Origin: an uncultured archaeon
Lineage (GTDB): Archaea; Aenigmatarchaeota; Aenigmatarchaeia; CG10238-14; SCSR01
Direction: 5' to 3'
DNA length: 64,000 nt
Assembly: GCA_964512235.1 (NCBI GenBank)
Contig: CAZEGD010000002.1
Location: forward strand, 40,768-104,767
Made by a program: the position numbers and the translations under genes. The notes beneath the pieces were generated by a model, which was not told the origin of the DNA, ran no database searches, and saw nothing but the letters and a program-made list of their open reading frames with translations. Position 1 is the stretch's first letter; every line of letters begins with the position of its first letter. Of the stretch, positions 56,913 through 64,000 are shown in pieces.

Positions 56913-57809
56913 ATGATGGTGAAACAATTGAAAGTTAGCATAATTGGAAGCGGTGTTGTCGGGACGATAGCTGGGAAGGGACTGTCTGAAATAGGTAATG
57001 ATGTAGTATTCTACGATGTTAACAAGAAGAGAATAGAAGAGCTTAAAAATGAAGGATTCAATGCAACGGATAATATATCAGAATCTGTAAAATCGACAGA
57101 TATATCATTCTTATGCGTGCCATCACCGAGCCCAGAAGGCAACATCGACTTAAGTTATATAAAATCTGCATCTACGGAAATAGCTAAGGTGTTAAAAGAT
57201 AAAGATTCGTACCATCTCATCGTTGTTAAAAGCACAGTCGTGCCAGAGACAACAGAAAATTTTGTTAAACAGATTATTGAAGATGTGTCAGGGAAGAAAT
57301 GTGGAGAAGGATTCGGACTTTGTATGAACCCGGAATTCCTGACTGAAATACACAAGTCATGGACTGATGACCCATCTCTAGAAAGGGGCTTCTTTACTGA
57401 AGACAGGATTGTCATCGGCGAATTTGACAAAAAATCTGGCGACATACTTGAATCACTGTACAAGTCACTTAACATTCCAATATTTAGAACTGACTTGAAG
57501 ACTGCTGAATTGATAAAATATGCATGTAATTGTTGCTTGGCTAGTAGGATATCTTATTGGAATGAAATCTTTTACATAGCTCAAAAACTTGGCATAGATT
57601 CTGAATTTGTTGCTAAAGTGGCAGCTATGGACAAAAGAATAGGAAAATATGGATCTGTTCATGGTATGGCGTTCGGTGGTAAATGCTTTCCAAAAGACTT
57701 GCGCGCGATTATTGCTTTTTCTGAAAGTTTAGGTCACAATCCAGAATTCTTGAAAGCCGTGGAAAATATAAACGAAAGAATTAAAAAAGACAAAGGAGTT
57801 AGAGAATAA
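56913..57809 (+). CDS. Nucleotide-sugar dehydrogenase family protein (UDP-glucose/GDP-mannose dehydrogenase-like) lacking the C-terminal nucleotide-sugar-binding domain
   Basis: N-terminal Rossmann VSIIGSGVVG; NPEFLTE; catalytic GGKCFPKD; 298 aa versus ~430 typical. Confidence 0.65.
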   Translation: MMVKQLKVSIIGSGVVGTIAGKGLSEIGNDVVFYDVNKKRIEELKNEGFNATDNISESVKSTDISFLCVPSPSPEGNIDLSYIKSASTEIAKVLKDKDSYHLIVVKSTVVPETTENFVKQIIEDVSGKKCGEGFGLCMNPEFLTEIHKSWTDDPSLERGFFTEDRIVIGEFDKKSGDILESLYKSLNIPIFRTDLKTAELIKYACNCCLASRISYWNEIFYIAQKLGIDSEFVAKVAAMDKRIGKYGSVHGMAFGGKCFPKDLRAIIAFSESLGHNPEFLKAVENINERIKKDKGVRE

Positions 57810-57822
57810 AGAGGTTGATTGA

Positions 57823-58644
57823 ATGAAAGCAATAATTCTTGCAGCGGGTAAGGGTACAAGGCTCAGACCTCTAACGTATGGAATACCCAAGCCATTATTG
57901 CCAGTGAAAGGAAGGCCAATGGTTGATTGGGTTATAAGAAGTACGTTGAACGATAAAATAGATGAAATTATAGTTGCGGTATCGGGTACAGTAGGTAATG
58001 ATATGGAAGAGAGGGTACTGTCGCATATCCATGGTATATGCATAGACGCATTTTTGCGAAAATTGGATTACAATTGCAAGATAAGGACCATACCAACTCT
58101 TCAGAGAGAGACTGGTGGAGACTTAAAATACATTTTAGAAGAATCTGGTATAAAGGGAAGCGTACTAGTTGCATACGGTGATAATCTAACACTTTTTGAT
58201 TTGGATAAAATGATTGACTATCATAACAGGTGTAAAGAGAAGCTAGGCACAGTCTGCACTGTGTTGCTATTTGAAGCGCCTGAATCAGAGCTGCACAGAT
58301 TCGGTATTGCAAAATTGAAGAAAGTGGAAGGTTTTGATTTAATAGAAGAGTTTGTGGAAAAGCCAGATTTAGAAAAGGCAACGTCAAGATTTGCAAGTGG
58401 TGGATACTATATAATTGAAATAGAAGATGTGATTGACAGGTTGCCTAAAGAGAAGAAGAAAGTCGAACACTCATTATTTCCAGCGCTTGCGAAAGAAGGC
58501 AAGCTAGCTGCATTCGTCAGTAAGCTTCCATATTGGATAGACATAAGCACAATGGAATCTTATGACATGGCGAATAAGATGGCTCACGACAATCTTATAT
58601 TACCGCCACCGCTGCCGGAAAACAGTAACAATAAACAACCCTGA
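57823..58644 (+). CDS. Sugar-phosphate nucleotidyltransferase (glucose-1-phosphate thymidylyl/uridylyltransferase-like)
   Basis: ILAAGKGTRLRPLTYGIPKPLLPV signature. Confidence 0.8.
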   Translation: MKAIILAAGKGTRLRPLTYGIPKPLLPVKGRPMVDWVIRSTLNDKIDEIIVAVSGTVGNDMEERVLSHIHGICIDAFLRKLDYNCKIRTIPTLQRETGGDLKYILEESGIKGSVLVAYGDNLTLFDLDKMIDYHNRCKEKLGTVCTVLLFEAPESELHRFGIAKLKKVEGFDLIEEFVEKPDLEKATSRFASGGYYIIEIEDVIDRLPKEKKKVEHSLFPALAKEGKLAAFVSKLPYWIDISTMESYDMANKMAHDNLILPPPLPENSNNKQP

Positions 58645-58677
58645 GTCCAATAATAATTAACAAACTCACAACTAATT

Positions 58678-59448
58678 TTGAGGATTTTGATGAAAAAACT
58701 AAAAGATAGAGTTGCAATAGTTACAGGGGCAGGTCAAGGTATAGGCAAAGGAATAGTACTAGAACTTGCAAAAGAAGGTGCAAAGGTAGTCGTTTCAGAT
58801 ATAAACGAAAAGACTATGAATGAGACAGTTGAAGAGATTAAAAAATTGGGGGCAGAAGCGATTGGAGTAAAGGCAGATGTGGCAAATTCGGCAGAAGTCG
58901 AGGAAATAGTTAAAAGAACTCTGGAGCAATTTGGAAGAGTAGATATATTAGTTAATAATGCTGGTATTTGCAAAACTTCTCAAGTTACAGATATGAGTGA
59001 AGATGAGTGGGACAAAGTACTCGCAATAAATTTAAAGGGAGTCTTTTTATGTTCTAAAACGGTACTTCCAAAAATGGTAGAACAAAAATACGGGAAAATA
59101 ATTAACATCACTTCTATAGCCGGAGCTAAAATTGCTTGGCCAAAAATTGGTCACTATGTTGCATCGAAAGCCGGTATAATTGGACTAACAAGAAACTTAG
59201 CACTTGATTACAGCCGGTACGGAATTAATGTAAATGCAGTTGCGCCCGGCGCTATAGAAACAGCGATGCTAGATAGTGTGTTGAAAGACTTGGGTATGAC
59301 GAGAGAGCAGGTTATACAAGGAATTCCACTTGGCAGAATTGGGCAACCAGAGGATATAGCAAAGGTAGTTGCGTTCTTGGCATCGGATGATTCAAGCTAC
59401 ATAACAGGACAAACAATAATTACAGACGGTGGCTATACAATTCAATAG
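58678..59448 (+). CDS. Short-chain dehydrogenase/reductase (FabG-like)
   Basis: [10 protein letters not shown]; NNAG; catalytic YVASKAG. Confidence 0.8.
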   Translation: MRILMKKLKDRVAIVTGAGQGIGKGIVLELAKEGAKVVVSDINEKTMNETVEEIKKLGAEAIGVKADVANSAEVEEIVKRTLEQFGRVDILVNNAGICKTSQVTDMSEDEWDKVLAINLKGVFLCSKTVLPKMVEQKYGKIINITSIAGAKIAWPKIGHYVASKAGIIGLTRNLALDYSRYGINVNAVAPGAIETAMLDSVLKDLGMTREQVIQGIPLGRIGQPEDIAKVVAFLASDDSSYITGQTIITDGGYTIQ

Positions 59449-59457
59449 GTAGGTCAA

Positions 59458-60453
59458 ATGAAAATTCTAGTAACAGGCGGAGCCGGATTTATGGGGTCTT
59501 GGCTAGTGGACGAACTCATCAGCCGCGGCCACAAAGTCGTTAGCGTTGACGATCTAAGCGGCGGATTCATGCGTAACGTAAGCAAAAAATGCAAATTCAT
59601 CAAAATGGATCTACGCAACACCAAGAAAGTTTTCAAAGTCACAAAAGGAGTTGATATAATATTTCACCTTGCTGCATATGCAGCAGAAGGCCAGTCTGTG
59701 TTCTCACCGATAGAAATAAACGACATAAACATAAAGCCGATGAACAATCTACTCGTAGCGGCCGTGAACAATGGTATCAAGAAGTTCATTTTCACTTCTT
59801 CCATGGCAGTCTATGGTGACCAGAAGCCACCATTCAATGAAAAGATGGCTAGAATGCCGGAAGACCCATACGGCTGCGGTAAATCATACTGTGAGCGTAT
59901 GCTTGAAATTTTTGCAGAGACATATGGATTTAATTATACTATCGTAAGGCCACACAATGTGTACGGACCAAGGCAGAATATATCAGATCCTTACAGAAAT
60001 GTGCTAGGCATATGGATAAATAGGATCATGCGAAGAAAGCCACCACTCATCTATGGCGACGGAAAACAAACTAGAGCATTTTCTTACATAGAAGATGTCA
60101 CACCACCGCTTGCAAATGTTGGGTTCTTTAGGAAGGCAAACGGCCAGATAATAAACTTGGGCAGCGATGAAGTGATGACTATAAATAAAGCATGCAGAGT
60201 CGTACTGGATAAAATGGACAGTAAATTAAAGCCAAAGCATGTAGAGTCAAGACCATGTGAAGTGAAGCACGCACATTGCACAATCAAAAAATCTCAAAAG
60301 ATTTTGGGGTACAGGACAAAGCATAAACTGAAAGATGGGATAAAGAAAATGGTAGAATGGGCTAGAAAGACCGGCCCGCAGAAGCCAACCTACAGGTTGC
60401 CATTGGAGATAACAAAAAGAGCGCCAAAAGTATGGTATAAAAAAATGATTTAA
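59458..60453 (+). CDS. NAD-dependent nucleotide-sugar epimerase/dehydratase (extended SDR)
   Basis: VTGGAGFMGSWLV; catalytic YGCGK; 331 aa. Confidence 0.8.
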   Translation: MKILVTGGAGFMGSWLVDELISRGHKVVSVDDLSGGFMRNVSKKCKFIKMDLRNTKKVFKVTKGVDIIFHLAAYAAEGQSVFSPIEINDINIKPMNNLLVAAVNNGIKKFIFTSSMAVYGDQKPPFNEKMARMPEDPYGCGKSYCERMLEIFAETYGFNYTIVRPHNVYGPRQNISDPYRNVLGIWINRIMRRKPPLIYGDGKQTRAFSYIEDVTPPLANVGFFRKANGQIINLGSDEVMTINKACRVVLDKMDSKLKPKHVESRPCEVKHAHCTIKKSQKILGYRTKHKLKDGIKKMVEWARKTGPQKPTYRLPLEITKRAPKVWYKKMI

Positions 60454-61727
60454 TTTGTTTCTTTGACTACACCGACAGCTATTGTAACGCCACTATCTCT
60501 TATGAGTATTCTTCCCAATTGTGGGGTTTCAGTCTGCTTTTCTATCACAAAAGGCTCCGTAGCGACAAACTTTACAGTACCAGCATCGTCCATAGAAAGC
60601 ACTTTTACTTTTCCTCCGGAAACCTTTCCACTTCTAGGATCCATCTTGTTGATGATTTTTTCAGCCTTACATTGCACATTAGCTGTACCACACCTTATTA
60701 TATAATCTCTACCTTCTACGACTTCACCGTCATCTTCGAGTATGAATATCTCTGCACTGAACTCTTTGGAAACATTCGGCACATCTTTACCACTACTGAA
60801 TACATAACCGCGTTTGATTTCTGATATGCCGATGACTTTGATTCCAATATTCTCACCTGCTACAGCCCGCACCTTTTCTTTATTCCACATTTGTATCGAT
60901 TCAACAGTACCACGCTCCCCAGAAGGGCTAACAACTACTTCGTCGCCAACTTCTACTTTACCCAGTTCTACCCTTCCGACTATTACTCTCTCTCCTCCAA
61001 CCTCGTAAGAGTCTTGAACAGGTATCCTTAAAGGACTGTCTGCATAATTCTTTGGCTCAATTGTAAAATTGTCTAGGGCTTCAACTAATGTCGGCCCGTC
61101 ATACCATTCCATTCTTTCAGACTTCTTTAAGACATTGTCACCTTCCATGGCCGATACTGGAACGATTTGTACATTCTCTGTAACGTATCCCATAGATTCG
61201 AGCATATCCTTTATATCGGACGAAATTATGTAAAATATTTCCTTGTCATAATCTACAGTATCCATCTTGTTGACGGCAACGACAAGCCTGTCTATACCCA
61301 TCTCTTTTGCCAGCCATGCATGTTCTTTACTCTGGCTTTGCACACCTTCGCTAAGCTTTGCGGATACTACGAACATAGAGATTTCTCCATAAGACGCGCC
61401 GCTGATCATATTCTTTATGAACTCTTTATGCCCGGGGCAATCTATGAAGTTGTACAAATACTTTTCACTTTTAAACGGGACCTGTACAGTATCTATGGTC
61501 ATCGCCTCCTCCCGCTCTTCTTGAAAGGTATCAAGGATGAATGCATATTCAAACTTTTCTTTATTGAGTTTTTTGAGCACAGATTTTATTTCTTCCAACC
61601 TGTCAGGTTTCAGCTGTCCAGAGTCGTATATAATCCTACCTATGAGCGTAGATTTTCCATGGTCTATGTGACCTATTGCAACAATGTTTACGTTTGGTAG
61701 TTTATTTTTTTCCATCACAACCACCAA
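60450..61727 (-). CDS. cysN: Sulfate adenylyltransferase subunit 1-like GTPase (CysN-like EF-1alpha/EF-Tu paralog)
   Basis: G1 GHIDHGKSTLIGRII, G3 DCPGH, G4 VVAVNKMDTVDYDKEIF (closer to the CysN consensus than to EF-1alpha); sits in an operon with cysD. Confidence 0.7.
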   Translation of the reverse strand: MVVVMEKNKLPNVNIVAIGHIDHGKSTLIGRIIYDSGQLKPDRLEEIKSVLKKLNKEKFEYAFILDTFQEEREEAMTIDTVQVPFKSEKYLYNFIDCPGHKEFIKNMISGASYGEISMFVVSAKLSEGVQSQSKEHAWLAKEMGIDRLVVAVNKMDTVDYDKEIFYIISSDIKDMLESMGYVTENVQIVPVSAMEGDNVLKKSERMEWYDGPTLVEALDNFTIEPKNYADSPLRIPVQDSYEVGGERVIVGRVELGKVEVGDEVVVSPSGERGTVESIQMWNKEKVRAVAGENIGIKVIGISEIKRGYVFSSGKDVPNVSKEFSAEIFILEDDGEVVEGRDYIIRCGTANVQCKAEKIINKMDPRSGKVSGGKVKVLSMDDAGTVKFVATEPFVIEKQTETPQLGRILIRDSGVTIAVGVVKETN

Positions 61728-62445
61728 TTTGCGGAATTACACTGTAAAAATCTGTTATTTTTGGCATGTTGCCAAAACTGACTTCTCCACTCGATGACCA
61801 AAATCCATTCATAGTATGGTCTCCGTACCTACCTTCACCTATTCTTTCCATGCCATGGTCAGACACAATCAAAATTGGACAGTCATAATCTTCTGCAACT
61901 TTCCCGACAACGCTATCCAATTCTTCATAGACTTCTCTCATCTTTTCTTCTATCCCAAAACTTAAATGACCTACAGCATCTATAAGATCGAAATAAACCA
62001 TTACAACTTCGTAGTCCTTCTCATTCCCTAAGGTATCAAAAAATTCCTTCTTTATCTTTTCATGGTTCTCCCAAACAACTTTGTCAAATTCCTCGACTGT
62101 ATTCTCTTTTTTGAAATAACCAGCTAGGTATTTCCTCTCCATGGCATGCTCATCTTGTTTGAGAGTGAAAGCGGGAACGTCTATGGCCTTGAATGAGTTG
62201 AAGAACTTGAAGAAGGTACGTTCTTTGGGTAGGGTAAAATTCCATAAATCTTCTTTTATTTCATCTTCCATATTTTTTCCATTCAGGAAAGAGGACCAGA
62301 GCACTACTGTTTTTGGCAATTCGAACTCAGATATATCAGTCTGACCGTAATTTTTCTGCATCAAATTTTTACACTTAAACTTCTCTACCATTGATTTATC
62401 AAGTGCATCAATTCCAAATATTATCATCTTCAATTTTTTCACCAC
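61702..62445 (-). CDS. Alkaline-phosphatase-superfamily protein (type I phosphodiesterase/metalloenzyme-like), 247 aa
   Basis: IIFGIDALD N-terminal motif and ILIVSDHGME...GDHT metal-site motifs. Confidence 0.55.
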   Translation of the reverse strand: MVKKLKMIIFGIDALDKSMVEKFKCKNLMQKNYGQTDISEFELPKTVVLWSSFLNGKNMEDEIKEDLWNFTLPKERTFFKFFNSFKAIDVPAFTLKQDEHAMERKYLAGYFKKENTVEEFDKVVWENHEKIKKEFFDTLGNEKDYEVVMVYFDLIDAVGHLSFGIEEKMREVYEELDSVVGKVAEDYDCPILIVSDHGMERIGEGRYGDHTMNGFWSSSGEVSFGNMPKITDFYSVIPQIGGCDGKK

Positions 62446-62448
62446 CCT

Positions 62449-63282
62449 TTACATATAACCCAAACTTCTCAGCTTCTGCATGGCATATTCTCGTTCTTTA
62501 TCTTGTGCACGTCCTGAGCGTTCTGACACTATTGTAATTTTTAATTCTTCAATTATTTCATCTATAGTACTGGCATCAGAGTCTATAGGAACTGTACACG
62601 GCTGGCAACCAAGACTGCGGAACCTTTTGTGTTTCCATCCAAACTGTTGCTCAACAAACTTCGCAGAGTAAAGCTGGTTCCATGGCATATTCTCTCGCTT
62701 GACATATCTCCAACAGTCTAACTCCGTCCAATGCAATATTGGATGTACACGTACATGTGAAGCTTCCTTGAAAGTATGTTCGAACAAATCCCAGACTTCT
62801 GTAGGCTGGTTTTTATGTTGCCAGCGAAAGTCTTTGTCTCTCGGAGAAAAATAACGCTCTTTCGCACGAATACCATGTTCGTCCCTTCTAATAGAAACTA
62901 AAATAGCATCAAATCCTCTCTCATCTATAACCTTCTTTAGCACTTCCGTCTTCAATGTTGTGCAGCAAACATCTCTTCCCTTGTCGGGACCCATTCCATT
63001 TTCCAAAGCTTCTTTATTTTTTGCAACTATCAAATCCAAATTCCATTCTTTTGCCATCTTATCTCTGAATTCGTATATCTGCGGAAACTTACAGCCTGTG
63101 TCTATATGTATGACAGGAAACGGTATCTTCCCGAAAAACGCCTTTTTGCAAAGCCATAGACATACTGTAGAATCCTTGCCGGTAGACCACATCACGGCTG
63201 GATTTTTGAATTCAGCCACAGCTTCCCGTATGACGTATATACTTCTTTCTTCAAGTTTGTTCAAGTCGTTTAATGCTTCCAT
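62449..63282 (-). CDS. cysD: Sulfate adenylyltransferase subunit 2 (CysD, PAPS-reductase-like ATP pyrophosphatase)
   Basis: PP-loop WSTGKDSTV; PFPVIHIDTG; SIRRDEHGIRAKERYFSPRD; C-terminal FRSLGCQPCT...SERSGRAQDKE matches CysD. Confidence 0.8.
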   Translation of the reverse strand: MEALNDLNKLEERSIYVIREAVAEFKNPAVMWSTGKDSTVCLWLCKKAFFGKIPFPVIHIDTGCKFPQIYEFRDKMAKEWNLDLIVAKNKEALENGMGPDKGRDVCCTTLKTEVLKKVIDERGFDAILVSIRRDEHGIRAKERYFSPRDKDFRWQHKNQPTEVWDLFEHTFKEASHVRVHPILHWTELDCWRYVKRENMPWNQLYSAKFVEQQFGWKHKRFRSLGCQPCTVPIDSDASTIDEIIEELKITIVSERSGRAQDKEREYAMQKLRSLGYM

Positions 63283-63291
63283 TTTTTCACC

Positions 63292-64000
63292 TCATATAAC
63301 CATTTTGACAAGAGTCACTATACCTAAGACAGCGATGAATAATCCCACTATAAGCAAAGCCTTCTTTTCATTCATCTTAAAAGTTGTATACGATGCCGGT
63401 AAAGTCGCTAAGAAAGCTCCAAGTATAATGGGAATTGCTATATCCCAATTGAATGGCATGACTAAGCGGTAAAATAAGATTGCACTTAGGGACATTACTC
63501 CCTCTGCAAGTGTGGTTGATCCAATAGCTTTTTTTGGGTCTATACCTGAGAGCGAGAGACCACTTGTCGCGACAGGACCAAAACCACCTCCACTTATCGC
63601 TTTATTGAAACCACATAACGATCCTATTCCAATTATCTTTGACCAAGCGAATTTTCCTTTGAATTCACCCTTGAAATATTTTCTTATCATTAAAATACCA
63701 AGAACTAGAACTAAACTTCCAATATATGTCTTCAGTAACCATTTTGGTATGGACATAGCAACTGTAACACCAAGTAGACTACCCAATACTGCAAATATGG
63801 CTATTGCTATACCAATTTTTATATTAACATTTCCAAAGCCTTTATGAAGTACACCACCAGTAAAGCCAGTTATTGTTTCTGACAAAAGAATTATAGGAAT
63901 AATTTCCAACGGTGAATATCCCATGCTCATAAACAACGGAGTCAGAATAGTACCGTAACCACCTCCCAAGGCAGAGTCTATATATTCAAAAATAAATCCA
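63292..64000 (-). CDS. TauE/SafE (DUF81) family anion permease, 5' end beyond the window
   Basis: GGGYGTILTPLF glycine-rich TM1 motif repeated in the second half (GGGFGPV); frame is open to the window end. Confidence 0.7.
   Translation of the reverse strand, partial: GFIFEYIDSALGGGYGTILTPLFMSMGYSPLEIIPIILLSETITGFTGGVLHKGFGNVNIKIGIAIAIFAVLGSLLGVTVAMSIPKWLLKTYIGSLVLVLGILMIRKYFKGEFKGKFAWSKIIGIGSLCGFNKAISGGGFGPVATSGLSLSGIDPKKAIGSTTLAEGVMSLSAILFYRLVMPFNWDIAIPIILGAFLATLPASYTTFKMNEKKALLIVGLFIAVLGIVTLVKMVI

Noticed and set aside
60450-61727. Second copy of elongation factor 1-alpha
   Set aside because: G4 region and N-terminal G1 context match the CysN consensus, and it is co-operonic with a clear CysD. 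Called CysN-like instead.

Overview
This 64-kb window looks like low-GC (~38%) archaeal chromosome (Euryarchaeota/DPANN-like), read on both strands. Most of it is core informational genes: partial EF-1alpha, ribosomal proteins S10, L7Ae, S28e, L24e, S13, S4, S11, L11, L1, P0 and L12, RpoH and RpoD, SecE, Spt5, FtsZ, fibrillarin and Nop5, GluRS, family-B DNA polymerase, Hel308, Hjc and XerA. Three tRNAs are present (Ala-GGC, Pro-CGG, and Leu-UAA with an anticodon-loop intron). The candidates worth a second look are as follows. (1) A PolD-small-subunit (DP1)/eukaryotic B-subunit-like gene with a degenerate, truncated phosphoesterase domain sits immediately upstream of a PolB that carries a C-terminal Cys4 zinc finger. 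The pair follows a small wHTH gene and a structured GT-rich/AC-rich repeat region. (2) A non-coding block at ~7.25-7.85 kb contains a CTCAC iteron-like array, an extreme AT tract and a dispersed ~20-50-bp repeat family. It opens a ~5-kb accessory patch of small wHTH, Zn-ribbon, membrane and nuclease-like genes, which could be an origin or a mobile-element control region. (3) A NucS-C-terminal-like nuclease has a long PUA/EVE-like N-terminus, and it shares a near-identical promoter module with a second unit encoding a 207-aa unknown followed by aRNase J. (4) A tight six-gene operon of small unknown proteins. (5) CysN/CysD-like sulfate-activation genes with an AlkP-family gene and a TauE/SafE permease lie next to a nucleotide-sugar gene cluster. 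Smaller oddities include an L11 with an ~80-aa A/E/K-rich linker insertion, an RpoH with an N-terminal extension, two tiny Arg-rich ORFs in an intergenic gap, and palindromic GATTGAATCG repeats around a wHTH gene.
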